64,000 nt of DNA. Source: Squalus acanthias. Its lineage: Eukaryota. Position 1 is the first letter of the stretch, and the number at the start of each line of letters is the position of its first letter. The notes under the pieces were generated by a model. That model searched no databases and was not told the DNA's origin. It saw nothing but the letters and a program-made list of their open reading frames with translations. Both the position numbers and the translations under genes were made by a program. This document shows positions 37,065 to 50,424 of this stretch, one piece after another. The DNA is taken from NCBI GenBank assembly GCA_030390025.1, contig CM059431.1, positions 131,008,001-131,072,000 of the forward strand, given 5' to 3'.

Positions 37065-39596
37065 GCTGCTTACAGATGCCTCCGTTAGGGAAGCGTTCAT
37101 TGCAAGTGGAGAGAGGGTCTTCCAAGGAGGTCCCACAGTTGATAGTTACAAGCTGCAGCACCTCCGACTTTGGAAGGCCTGCTAAAAGTGCTGAAAGACC
37201 TTTTAAAGCAAAGTTCTGCCACCTGCAACTAATCCCTGATGAAATCTCCGATTTAATGGTGGAGCTGCAGCTGTGAGGAGGCCACACACTTGTCAACCCG
37301 CCAGGATTAGCTGGCGTGGTTTAGGAGGGTCGTGGAACACGCTAAAATGGTCGAAAAATAACGAGGGCCTCTCAAAATAGGATTAGAGAGGCCCTTAACG
37401 AGCTGGAGGCGGGACCGTTTCCCACCCTGCAAAACCGGCACCGGCAAAATCACGCGGAGGCGGGTTGGAGGCGGGTTCTGAACCCGCACTCATTTTTTCC
37501 GATTTTCACGCTTTCCCTGCCTCCAAACCTGCCTCCTCGGGGCTGAGAAAATCGCCCCCATAGAGTAAGAATAATGGGTATATACTCCATTGGCAGAATG
37601 TGACTACTGGTGTCCTGTACTGGGACAGCAGCTTTTCATTATATTTATAAATGACTTGAATGAAGTAATAGAGAACCATATATCCAAGTTTACTAACAAC
37701 ATTAAGTCAGGTGCCACAGTAAATAGTGTAGATGGGAACCGAAAGTTGCAAAGGGACATTGATAGATTAAGTGAGTGGGCAAAACTGTGGCAGATGGAGT
37801 TCAATGTGGGAAAGGGTGAGGTCATCCACTTTGGACCCAGGAAAGATAGATCAGAGTATTTTCTAAATGGTGAGAAGCTAGGAACTGTGGAGGAGCAGAG
37901 AGATTTAGGGGTCCAGATACAGAAACCACTAACAGCTAGCAGACAGGTACAAAAAGTAATTAAAAAGCCTAATGGAATGTTAGCCTTTATCTTCAGGGGG
38001 CTGGAATACAAAGGAATGAAAGTTATGTTACAGCTGTATAAAGCTCTGGTTAGACCACATCTGGAGTACTGGATTCAGTTCTAGGCACCGCACCTCAGGA
38101 AGGATATATTGGCCTTGGAGGGAGTACCACACAGATTTACCAGAATGATACCCAGGCTAAAAGGGTTAAATTATGAGGACAGGTTGCATAGACTAGGCTT
38201 GTATTCACTTGAATAGAGAGATTAAGGGGTGATCTAAGTGAGGTGTTTATGATGATTAAAGGATTTGATAGGGTAGATAGAGAGAAACTATTTCCTCTGG
38301 TGGGAGAGTCCAGAACAAGGGTGCATAACTTCAAAATTAGAGCTAGTCCATTCAGGGGTGATGTCAGAAAACACTTCTTCGAACAAAGGATAGTGGAAAT
38401 CTGGAACTGTATCCCCAAAAAAACTGTTGAGGCTAGGTCAATTGACAATTTCAAAATTGAGATTGTTAGATTTTTGTTCGGCAAGGGTATTAAGGGTTAT
38501 GGAACCAAGGCAGGTAGATAGAGTTAAAATACAGATCAGCCATGATCTAATTGAATGGCAGAACAGGCTTGAGGGGCTGAACGGCTTACTCTAGTTTCTA
38601 TGTTCCTAAATGGACAAATTCAGAGACCAATGTTATGTCTGAAAACCAGCCATCTAAGGTAGAAATGGAGCATTAGCAAGTGTGACTATGCATAGAATAT
38701 TGCGGTAACAAGGTAGAGAATTCAGAGATGATGAGCAATATGGTGTGAGATTGATATTGTATGGTCCTCCATATCTTTGTTGATAGATTTGCCTTTACAG
38801 AAACTCAGTACTTACGTTATTCAAGAGTTAAAATAGGATGATCATTATTGGCATATATTGAAAATTTAATGGAATGCTTTTAGCTTGTGTTGAGCTGGCA
38901 TGAAGTCTAAGTGATGATGATTCCTTATATTGAGTTGACACACAATCTAAAAGATTGCATTTTGGTTATGCGGCACTGGGTCATGGTATAAGGAATTGGC
39001 ATTTTGTTCATGTTGAGTTGTCAAAATTGACGGGTTCTGAGTTTTGTTCATGCAGAGGTGGCATATCCATCTTCTCTGTACTTTGTTATTGTTTCTTTAT
39101 TTTTAAGGACATGTCAGTTTCTTTTATTGTTTAAGCTCCATGATTCACAGAGGCCATGGTTAGTTCAGAATGGAATTTATGACAAATAATTTGTCGGAAT
39201 ATAGGAAAGTATTTCTCCTTGATGTTGCTTTTATGATTACAAAGAAGAAATAAGCTGCAAGGTAGGAGCTTTGTGATATCACAGCCTTGAGAAGATACTT
39301 GCTGTATAAAAGTTGTACCATCAAAAATAGCAAAGCGGTCTGAAGGCAACAAAAAATTCACAAGCATGAATAATGTATTGTAACATTTAATCTTACTTTT
39401 AGCAATTGTCTTTCTTGTTTCAACTCAATTTTATTCAGTCAATGAATGACGCATGTACAACAGTGCATTCACCTTGTGACTGATTTGAAAAAATACTAAA
39501 TTGAACAGACTAATTTGTCATTAATTGTGCAAAATGATGAACTTTTTACTCTGCACAAAATAACATCATCATAGGAAAACCATCATCTCATGGACT

Positions 39597-40479
39597 CTTC
39601 TTCTTAGGCAGTCCCTCGGAACCGAGGATGACTTGCTTCCACACTAAAAATGAGTTCTCAGGTGGCTGATGAGTCCAATGTGGGACCTGCAGTCTCTGTC
39701 ACAGGTGGGGCAGATGGTGGTTGAAGGGGTGGGTGGGTGGGGTGCTTGGGTTGACGTGCGCTCTTTCTGCTGTTTGCACTTGGCTTCCGCTTGCTCCCGG
39801 CGAAGAGACTCAAGGTGTTCGGTGCCTTCCCGGATGCTTCTCCTTCACTTTGTGTGGTCTTGGGCCAGGGATTCCCAGGTGTCAGTGGGGATGTTGCACT
39901 TTTTCAAGGAGGCTTTGAGGGTGTCCTTGAAGCGTTTCCTCTGCCCACCTGGGGCTCTCTTGCCATGTCGAAACTCCGAGTAGAGCGCTTGTTTTGGGAG
40001 TCTCGTATCGGGCATGCGGACGGTGTGACCCGTCCATCGGAGCTGATCGAGTGTGGTCAATGCTTCGATGCTGGGGATGTTGGCCTGAGCGAGAACACTG
40101 ACGTTGGTGCACCTATCCTGCCAATGCTTTGAGATGCCTGCTGTACATGGTCCATGTCTCTGAGGCATACAGCAGGGCGGGTATCACTGCTGCTCTGTAG
40201 ACCATGAGCTTAGTGCCGGGTTTGAGGTCCTGTTCTTCAAACACTCTTTTCCTCAGGTGACCGAAGGCTGCACTGGCACACTGAAGGCAGTGTTGGACTT
40301 CGTCATCGGCGTCTGCCCTTGTTGACAGTAGGCTCCCGAGGTATGGAAAGTGGTCCACGTTGTCCAAGGCCTTGTCTTGGATTTTGATAATCGAGGGGCA
40401 GTACTGTGTGGCGGGGGCAGGTTGGTAGAGGACCTTTGTCTTACGGATGTTTAGTGTAAGGCCCATGCTCTCGTATGCT
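39597..40479 (-). mobile_element. RTE-clade LINE, 5'-truncated
   Basis: Same family as 16313-17889. TSD tcatggact (39588-39596 / 40480-40488). Confidence 0.93.
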
Positions 40480-40823
40480 TCATGGACTGCAGCAGTGCAA
40501 AGAGTAGTCTGACCATCACCTTCTCAAGGCAACTAGGAATGTGGCCTTACCAGTGTTGTCCATTTTTTATAAAAAACCTCAAATGTTCTTTGGTTTGCTG
40601 CTACACACGTTGATAGTTGTGTTTTCCCTCCAAATATTTTGACTGAAATTCAGCCTACTTTTTTCTCTCTCTCTCTCTCTGTTTCATTTAGAAAAATTCC
40701 CTGAAGGTATAGTTCTGCATATGGACTAAGCAAGAGCGTAATTTATGTCATCCCAAATCCTGGATGCTCAAGAGCAGTTCTGGGAAATGATGTAGACTGA
40801 GAAGATCTTCTGATAGAAACAAA

Positions 40824-41571
40824 GGGCTGGATTTTGATACTGGTGCAGGTTGGGGTCGTGTCATCCGCTTTTCGTGTTATCCACCCGACTGCAATTGGAT
40901 GTGGGAGATTGATGCGATTTTCACCTAATTGGGCAATTGAGTTCCAGCATGTGGGAACCCATGAACCAATTAGTGGTTTCAGTCTGAAAGTCGCCTCTGA
41001 TGATGTCATCATTGCTGCTGCATTGAAGGTCAGCCTGGCCTTTGCTGTGAGAGGACCTGGATGCAAAATGAACAGCAGCTCTAAGGAGAGAGAGAGAGAG
41101 AGAGAGAGAGAAATGTTGCATCCAGGTCCTCTCACAGCAAAGGCCAGGCAGTCTCTCAAGATCTTCAATGCAGCAGCATCAGAGGCGACTTTCAGACCTA
41201 AAACTACTACTACCTTCATCACATCTCCGTTGTAATAGTGGACCTGCAGCTGATAGTCAGCCAGCCAAATGTGCTCCCGTCAGGTTTCACAATCATGGTT
41301 CAGAACAGGCGTGCTTCACGTAGATCAAGGGTTAAAATCACAAAGGCCTTTCAAAATGGCATTATAGAGCCAATTTAGTGCTTGTTAAGGGCCTTAACAG
41401 CCTATCCCGCCTCTTAAAGGCGGGACGGAGTCAGGACCAGCAGACACGATTTAATGAAAATTGCGTGGAGGCGGGATGGAGGCGGACTTGTGCCCGCCTG
41501 CCAGTTTTTGCAATTTTAACCCCCCGACATGCCTCCAAACCCGCCTCCACGGGTCAATGAAAATCTAGCCC
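40824..41571. mobile_element. Harbinger-type MITE family B
   Basis: TIR gggctggatttt / aaaatctagccc, TSD AAA. Confidence 0.92.
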
Positions 41572-41719
41572 AAAGCATCCGAAATTCAGATTCCAAGGCT
41601 TCAGTTGGCTGAAGCGTATCCCGTGATTGATATGTGCTATTATTCAGGGGCAAGAAAGAAAAACTGGAATAGACTGGAGTTCCAAACTACAACAAATGCA
41701 GCTACAACATGAAATGGGT

Positions 41720-44050
41720 TTGACTTTTTCAGAAGTTAGAGATGTTCTTGGAAAAATAAACATTCATAATGATGAACTAGGAATGAGATTCTGCTGAGGG
41801 GATTTGAGGAGCTAGGGTACAAATTAAAAAGCAGAACCTCAAAGGTAATAATCTTTGGATTACTACCTGAGCTACATACAAATTGGCATAGGGACAAACA
41901 GATTAGAGGTTTAAATGTGTGGCTGAAAGAGTGGTGTGGGAGGGAAGGGTTTCAATTCATGGGGCACTGGCAGCAGTACTGGGGAAAAAGGGAGCTGTTC
42001 TGTTGGGATGGACTCCACTTAAATTGGGCTGGGACCAGTGCCCTGGCAAATCAAATAACTAGGGCAGTAGATAGGGCTTTAAACTAATAAGGGGGAGGGA
42101 GGGTTCAGATCATGGTAAATTTATAAGTCCGAAGAGAAAAGTTAAGGCTGTAGAGCAGCGTAGCAATTTGGGTAAAATCAAGCTGATTGTGTCAGGAGGG
42201 ACAGAGGGGGAAAAATTCAGCTGCTTGCGCCTCCCGTTAGCACCTTAAGAGGGCGCTAATGGGGTGTAAAGCAGCTAACGCCCGGGCGCAGCGCCGCCCA
42301 CGCCTCCCGCAAAATTCAGCGGGAGGTTAGCGGCGGCGCCAGCCGGTAGCGCCCTGTGGCGCTGCGCCGCCGGCGATGACGTCATCGCCGTGCGCAGCAC
42401 CCCGCTCGCGCTCCAGCCACGATCTTCAGTCGCGCCCCCTGATTTACCGCCAGACGCTATGTCCGACGGGTTCAGGGAGGCGTACGTGCGGCCGGGGCGG
42501 CGATATTTAAAGGGGAGGTGGCAGGTGGCCATTTTTGTTGCTGGCCGCCTGCCAGCACCTGCCCCCGTTGCTGTCCCCGGCCCCCGTGAAGCCCCCTCAC
42601 CGTGAAGTGCCAGCTGCGCTCCAAGAGCCCGGCACTTCTCTTGAGTGCCGGGCTCTTTTGCCGGCACTCCCGATCCCTGGGGGCCCAGCTGGGCCCCGGT
42701 TCGCGCTGCGCAGGGTCCCTCCCCTTTAAGAAGGGGAGGAAGGCCTGCAATACCGCGGCGCGACGTGCCGCAGCGCCGCACGTAGCGCCAGGATATTCCC
42801 TCGCAGCGCCCCAAGAGGGATGCGGGGTGCTTCCAGTGGCGCCCCGCTTCCCTCTTGGGGCGCAACCACTGAAGTTCCGGCGCGGGGCCGCTAATTCTTT
42901 CGGGGCGCTAAAAGTAGCGCCCCGGCGAGGTTAGCGCCCCAAATGGGGCGCGACTCAATTTTTAGCCCAGAGAGTTTAATAATGGTAATAGGTGATTAGC
43001 AACTAAGGCCACATCAGGGAAAAATAGTAAAAACTTAAAATTAAAGGTGGTATATATGAATGCATGAAGCATTTGGAACAAGATAGATGAATTAATGGCA
43101 CAAATAAAGATAAATGGGTTTGATCTAGTAGCCATTACTGAGACGTGGTTGCAGGGTGGCCAAGGTTGGGAACTTAATATTCCAGGGCACTTGACTTTTA
43201 GAAAAGATAGGCAAAATGGAAAAGGATGAGATAAAGGCTTGTAGCCCAGAAAATCAGGATATATTATCAGTATGGGTGGAGCAAAGGGCAGAAAACACTA
43301 GTGGGAGTAGTTTATAGGCCCCCTAACAGTAATCATAGCGTTGGACAGAGTAAAAATCAAGAAATTAGAGGATTATGTAACAAGGGTAATGCAATAATCG
43401 TAGGGGACTTTCATCTTTAGATAGACTGGGCAAAGCAAATTGGCAAAAGTAGCTTGGAGGATGAGTTCATGGAATGCATTCAAGACAGTTTTCGAGAACA
43501 ATATGTCAAGGAACCAACTAGGGAACAGGCTATATTAGATCTAGTATTGTGCAATGAGACAGGGTTAATTCGTAATCTTATCATAAAGGATCCTCTGGGG
43601 AAGAGTGATCATAATATGATAGAATTTCATATTATGTTTGAAAGTGATATGGTTAAGTCTGAAACTAGGGTCTTAACTTTAAACAAAGCCAATTACGGAG
43701 ATATGGGGGTGAATTGGCTGAGGTAGATCAGGAAATTAGGTTAAAAGATATGACGGTAGATAAGCAATGGAAAACATTTAAAGAAATCATTCATAAATCT
43801 CAATTAATATACTTACCCTTAAGGAATAAAAACTCCACTGGAAAACTGATACAGTCATGGCTAACTAGACAAGTTAAGGATAGTTAAGTTAAGTATTAAA
43901 TTAAAAGAAGCAGCTTACTATGTTGCCAAAAAGAATAGTAAGTCTGAGGATTGGGAGGGTTTAAAACATCAGCAAACGATGATCAAGGAATTGATAAAGA
44001 GGGAGAAAATGGAATATGAGAGTAAACTTGCAAGAAATATAAAACATATT
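41720..44050 (+). mobile_element. CR1 with ORF1 esterase C-terminus and decayed APE endonuclease
   Basis: KVIIFGLLP...LNVWLKEWC...DGLHLN, then NA.SI.NK, AITETW, VYRPP and SDHN motifs. Confidence 0.87.
42206..42968. mobile_element. GC/CpG-rich Harbinger MITE related to family A
   Basis: TIR gggggaaaaatt / aatttttagccc, TSD AGA. Confidence 0.9.
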
Positions 44051-44816
44051 GGCCCAGAAATTCGTCTCTCCGGCTTGCCGCGGGGGTAAGGATCGCGCGC
44101 GCACTTACCTACCGCGCTTGCCGTTGACCTCTGGGCCCACGGGAACTTCAGCTCCTGGGCCTGCTCTAACTGCCAGCGCGCAGTGCTTGCGTGTCCCAGG
44201 GGCGCAGTTAGTGCGATGCGTCCGTTGGGATCACGTGGGCCATGGAGAGCCAATGGCAGCAGACCATCTTTCATTCATAGATTTGACAGGAAGACCTGTC
44301 AAATCTGTGAATTGAAATCGGCCCCAAAAGAACAGCTAAACTTAAAATAATTTTTTTTAAAAACCATCACATTTACAAAATAACTATAGTTAAATAAATT
44401 AACCACTTTAAACAAAAATTTACATTTTTGAAAAAAATTAAAATACTTTTTAAAAGTGATAAAAATAAACTTACCTTTCTTTAAAGTATCTAAAAAAGAT
44501 AAACCTGTTGAAATTTTTTTTAAATTATACTTAATTAACCACTTACCTTGTTGAAAACAGCTCCTGCGCCTCCTTTTTATAAGCGTAGGTTCTTCACTAC
44601 TTACCCTCGCGTAGAAACCTGAAAAAAAATCTAAGTTCGCTGCGTGCGCGCAGCCTCTACCGCACACGCGGTTCACCTAGGAACCGCCCCCTTCACCATA
44701 CCGGAAGTTCCGGTTTCCCGCGCATGCGCAGTGCATGCAGGAAACCGGCACTTCGGGACGCATTACGGGTGAGTACGCACTGTGTACTCACCCGGGAAGG
44801 GCCGAATCTTTGGCCC
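44051..44816. mobile_element. Harbinger-type MITE family D
   Basis: Imperfect TIR ggcccagaaattcg / cgaatctttggccc, TSD ATT, AT-rich core. Confidence 0.85.
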
Positions 44817-46512
44817 ATTGTATTCTTAATGAATACTTTGCGTCTGTTTTCACAAAGGAGAGGGGCGAAGCAGACATTGCTATCGGGAAGGAGGAGTATG
44901 AAATATTAGATGAAATAAACATAGTGAGAGAGGAAGTATTAAGGGGTTTAGCAGCTTTAAAAGTGGATAAATCCCCAGATCTGGATGAAATGTATCCCAG
45001 GCTGTTAAGTGAAGCAAAAGAGGAAATAGCAGAGGCCCTGACCATCATTTTCCAATCCTCTCTGGCTTCAGGTGTGGTGCCGGAGGACTGGAGGACTGCT
45101 AATGTAGTACCCTTGTTTAAAAAGGGAGAAAAGGATAGACTGAGTAATTACAGGCCAGTCAGCGTAACCTCGGTGGTGGGAAAATTATTGGAAAGAATTC
45201 TGAAGTACAGGATAAATCTTGAAAGACACGGATTAATCAAGGATAGTCAGCACGGATTTGTTAAGGGAAGGTCGTGTCTGACAAACTTGATTTAATTTTT
45301 TGAGGAGGTAACAAGGAGGGTAAATGAGGGTAGTGCGTTTGATATAGTGTATATGGACTTTAGCAAAGCTTTTGATAAGGTTCCACATGGCAGGCTGGTC
45401 ACGAAGTTAAAAGCCCATGGGATCCAGGGATTCAAAACTGGCTCGGAGGCAGAAAGCAAAAGGTAATGGTTGATGGGTGTTTTTGTGACTGGAAGGCTGT
45501 TTACAGTGGGGTTCCGTAGGGCTCAGTACTAGGTCCCTTGCTTTTTGTGGTATATATCAACGATCTTGACTTGAATATAGGGGGTATGATTAAGAAGTTT
45601 GCAGATGATACTAAAATCGGCTGTGTGGTTGATACTGAAGAAGGAAGCTGTAGACTGCAGGAAGATATCAATAAATTGGTCAGGTGGGCAGAACAGTGGC
45701 AAATGGAATTCAATCCGGAGAAGTGTGAGGTAATGCATTTGGGGAGGGCTAACAAGGAAAGGGAATACACATTAAATGGTAGGACACTGAGTAGCGTAGA
45801 GGAACAAAGGGACCTTGGAGTGCATGTCCACAGATCCCTGAAGGTAGCAGACCAAGTAGATAAGGTGGTTAAGAAGGCATACGGAATGCTTGCCTTTATT
45901 AGCCGTGGCATAGAATACAAGAGCAGGGGGATTATGCTTCAACTGTATAAAACACTAGTTAGGCCTCAGCTAGAGTACTGCGTGCAGTTCTGGTCACCAC
46001 ATTACAGGAAAGATGTGATTGTACTAGAGAGGGTACAGAGGAGATTTACAAGGATGTTGCCGGGAGTAGAGAATCTTAGCTATGAGGAAAGATTGGATAG
46101 GCTGGGTCTCTTTTCCTTGGAACAGAGGAGGCTGAGGGGAGACCTTATTGAGGTGTATAAAATTATGAGGGACCTAGATAAAGTGGATAGAAAGGACCTA
46201 TTTCCCTTAGCAGAGGGGTCAAAAATCAGGGGGCACAGATTTAAAATAATTGGTGGAAGGTTTAGAGGGGATTTGAGGGGAGATTTCTTCACCCAGAGGG
46301 TTGTGGGGGTCTGGAACTCACTGCCTGAAAGGGTGGTAGAGGCAGGAACCCTAACCACATTTAAAAAGTACTTGGATGTGCACTTGGGATGCTGGGAGCA
46401 AGAGCTGGGAAGTGGGATTAGGCTGGATAGCTCTTTGTTGGCCGGCGCTGACACGATGGACCGAAATGGCCTCCTTCTGTGCTGTAACTTTCTATGATTC
46501 TATGATTCTATG
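44817..46512 (+). mobile_element. CR1 ORF2 RT half with 3' UTR
   Basis: ORFs to 45295 and 45538-46497 (FADDTK), followed by an (attctatg)n tail. Confidence 0.92.
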
Positions 46513-46610
46513 AACAGCTTTAGGAAGAGATTAGAGAAAGTAGACATGGGTCCCTTGGAGGCAGAGACAGGATAAATTATAATGGGGAATAAGGAAATGG
46601 CAGAGACGCT

Positions 46611-49600
46611 GCGTATGATGGGCAGCCGATCCGATACCACCTGTTTCGCACCACCGCCCGATGTGAATTTCTACATTACTCACTTTATTAATATGACTTT
46701 TACAACTCATTCCATTTTTTCCCTACATGTACTGCATCTATTTAAAGAGGGAGCCTGTGAGGGAGAAACATGCCTCTTGACGACTTTGCCCCTATCTTTT
46801 GTGTGATTCTGGCACATCGAATCGAACGCACCAGGGAACAACAAAGAAGATTGAGGAACCATCATCATCGTCTGATCAGGAGGAACCACTACCCGCCCCA
46901 AGGTGTGTACAGGGAGAGGCTGTCTTTTGAAATGATGTCGGAGGAATTGTGTGTGAGGAGGCAATCGGCCGATTATGTGACATGTTAAAGGACGACCTTC
47001 AGACACGCTCGCAGACCCGCCCTGCCTTGTCAGTATCCATAAAAGTAACTACAGCGCTGAACTTCTTTGCATGCGAATCATTTCAGTCAGGCACCGGTGA
47101 CATTTCAAACATCACCCAGAGCGCTGCGAGGGTCTGCAGTCACCAGGTCACAGATGCCATATTCCGTAGGCTTCTGAGTTCATAGACTTTGACTTGTGCA
47201 CAGCAGCAAAAGGAGATGGCCCTTGCATTTTATAGCATTGTTGGATTCCCCAAAGTGATTGGAGCCGTCGATGGAACCCATGTTGCATTGAAGGCACCAC
47301 TTGATGCACCTGTGACATACATCAACAGGAAGGGGTTTCATTCATTAAAAGTTATGATCGTCTGTGATGCTCAACTCAGGATCCTAAATGTGAATGCAGA
47401 TCACCGGGGAAGTGCTCATGGCTCCTTCATCCTCCGTCACTCAGACTTATATGGCACCCTCAGTACATTGTCTCCAGAATCCACATGGATATTGGGCGAC
47501 AAGAGCTACCCGCTAAAACCGTGGCTGATGACATCATACCGCTGGACAAATAATGAGGCAGAGGAGAGATACAACTGTGCACACGTGTCCACATGGCAAG
47601 TGGTGGAGAGGAAAATCGGGGTTCTGAAATCACGCTTCCGGTGCCTGGACCGGTCAGGGGGGACTTTGCAGTATTCTCCTCTGAAAGTGTCAAGGATTGT
47701 GGTGGCCTGTTGCGCTTTGCACAACTTTGCCCTGCGGAAGGGCTGAACCCTGCAGACAAGCTCCCTGCTGAAATGGAGGACATGGAGGATGCCAATATCC
47801 CTGTGGCCAGGGAGGAGCCAAGTGCGGCCGAAGGCAAAGCTGCAAGGGAACAGCTAGGAGCCAACACGTTCATGAGGTGATGATAGTGTCACCCTCCCCC
47901 AGCAAGGCACAGAAAAGAACACACAATTTAAAGTGAAACAGTGAACTTTTATTGCAGCATCAAAGACTTTTGATGTACTTTTTTGATGTTCTTCATCTTT
48001 AAATACAAATTGTTAACTAGCTATTTTCTACTTTGTAAACATTTACAATGATAAATTGGTTGATAAAAGAATGTAAACAGTTCAAAGTGACTTTTTCAGT
48101 TTCTTAATGCAATAAAGGCTTTACGTTCAAGATGTAAACTAGCTATTTTCTACTTTTTAAACAGTTGTAATGTTAAATTGGTTCTTAATAAAAAAATGTT
48201 GAAAAAATCTTTAAAGTGACTACAGGCTATACATATGAAACAAAATGGTTAATTACACTATGGGCTGGATTTTACCAGCCCTGAGGAGGCGGATTTGGAG
48301 GCGGGACTGCTGGCAAAATCAATGCTGTCAAACATTGACAGATCATCTGTCAAAAATAAATGGTACATGTCCCTTTAAGAAAAGATATCATCTGACACCG
48401 GCTTTCCCTTAATTTGCCGGCAAGCCCGCAGGGCGGGCTTAACAAGGCCAATCAGGGGAAAATAACGTCTGTGCATCGGACGTCGCTGGGGCGGGACTAG
48501 AACCCAGAAGGCAGCAGTCCCGCCCCCAACTCGTCTCGGCAGGTAAAATCCAGCTCTATAAGTCAGAAGTATAAATTTTAAGAAATAACACAACACCAAC
48601 ATTTAAATCCTCTGCCTGATAGAGGCAAGAGAGTCAAGTTTATTCCCATGAAGAGTAAGCATCTCCCAGCTCAACCCTTCGACCTGTTGCACCTGAGTTT
48701 CTATGTCATTCTGTTGCACTAAACATCTTGTTGCTTCTCCCACCTGCTGTGCAGTATCAGGTTGGTGGCTGGCTGTGGAACGACAGTCATCTGTGCCTCG
48801 CACAGAGGGGCCAGGAGATGGAGAGGTGGTGTGCAGCCACCCAGGGTCCTTACCCTCCCCTTCCACTAGCTGACATTCCACAAATTCCTCCTCCTTCGCC
48901 TCACTTTCTGTTCGCACTTTTCCAATGCCCTCTGTAGCCACAGACTCGCCGCACTGTTCATCCCGTGTGTGCGAAGACAGCTGTCCACCTGTGGGAAGGA
49001 AACAGTAAACATTTACAAAGATCTGCCCCTCAGAGAAGCTGATATTCCGCGCACACTTTACATTTTTAAACATACAGCTGGACAGAGCAACTCACCTTTC
49101 CTTATTCCAATGTCTGATTGGGCACCAGACACAGAACTGCCACCACTGATTCCAAGCAAGTGCGTGACCCTTTCCTCATGCTCCGATAGCTCCCTCAGAG
49201 TGGCAACACCACCGTCTGTCACGGCACGCTCTCTGGCGTTATGTGCCATTTTACTTTAAATTGCAAACAGAAATGAAAAGGAAACTTCAGTTTTTGCTGC
49301 AGAGACCCATCTGCTTTGGAAACAGGACCAGATGCTGCTTTGGAGACAGGGTATTGTTCACTAATTGAAATTTCACACCTCAAATCTGTGGAGTACAGAT
49401 AAGATGTTTACAAGCACAATAGATGGCCCTCACCGACTCCAAAGCCATTAAATTTTACAACTAGCTCAGATGCCTGGATAATGAAGTCACTTCACAACAG
49501 CTATGCAACTAAACATGTTTTAAAATAGTAAAGTAAAATTTTATCAAACTTTACATTTGACACTTCTAATAACTGTACAAACCTTGGCAGATCGCATTCA

Positions 49601-50306
49601 ATCATTAAATTTTTTGCGGGATTGGTCCGCTGTCCGTGAAATGGTGGAGTTAGCGCAAACAGCCTGTGCAACTTCTGTCCAAGCTGTCATTTGTTCTTTG
49701 TGCAGCACTCTGGACTGCGCAGTCCCAATGAGCCGAGGGTGGCTCACCTCAACCTCATTCAGGAGTGTGCTGATGTCATCGTCATTAAAATTCTGAGCTT
49801 TTTTCATCATCACAGCTGTGTTTGCTCTTTCCATTTCACTTTGCTGTTTAATTAAAATTATTGAAAATTATTTCAAGGTTTAAAAATGCTTTAAATTGCA
49901 TTAAATCTCTTTAAAAGTCTTTAAAACTATTTAAAAATCTTCAAATCCATGTAAAAGTCTTTAAAATTTTCTAAAAGTTTACAAAAGGTTTTTAAAACTG
50001 TAAAAAAAACTTACCATTGAGAATTAAAGCTGCTTTCAATGCTGAAGGCTCTGCACAGTTAAATTGGGGATGTGGCCTATGTAAATGTGAAATTTTGACA
50101 GGTCTTGTGAGCGGGTCTCACTTACGGATGAAGCCCGAGGCTCCACGCATGCTGCGCTCCTGTGCGGCATGACGTCATACGCTGCTAGGACTCTGCAGAC
50201 TCAAAGCGCAACTCTCCGTGTGGGAACAGACTTCAGGTCAGTGTGGATTTATTTTGCTGGTTGAGGCTTTCACCCACAGGAAGCCTCCGAGTGGAAATTC
50301 AGGGCC
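46611..50306 (+). mobile_element. Harbinger H4, decayed, left end deleted
   Basis: Transposase ~46769-47880 (GAVDGTH, LGDKSY; frameshifts and stops). Myb gene on minus with exons near 49834-49585, 49258-49095 and 48988-48600. Right TIR gaaattcagggcc. Confidence 0.88.
48262..48556. mobile_element. Short Harbinger-type MITE inside H4
   Basis: TIR gggctggattttacc / ggtaaaatccagctc, TSD TAT. Confidence 0.88.
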
Positions 50307-50424
50307 AATATGATTAGGTAGAGTCAACACAGTATTACGAAAGGGAAATCGTGTTTGACAAATCTATTTGACATTTAGAGGGTGTAACTAGCAGGGTAGA
50401 TAAGGGGGTACCATTGGATATAAT

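Larger units (their letters stand above)
34767..37559 (-). mobile_element. Harbinger H3, internally deleted
   Basis: TIR ggggcgattttctca / tgagaaaatcgcccc, TSD ATA. Transposase on minus; only Myb exon 1 remains on plus (35050-~35235, PRFSDEALQML). Confidence 0.92.
33586..38610 (+). mobile_element. Decayed CR1 ORF2 interrupted by Harbinger H3
   Basis: QYVLEPTREQAILDL through YMDFQKAF (to 34766), resuming at 37560 and running to the 3' UTR. Confidence 0.88.

Noticed and set aside
39131..39367. 78-aa minus ORF or plus-strand exon candidate
   Set aside because: No recognisable homology, and the plus-strand candidate has stops in all three frames.
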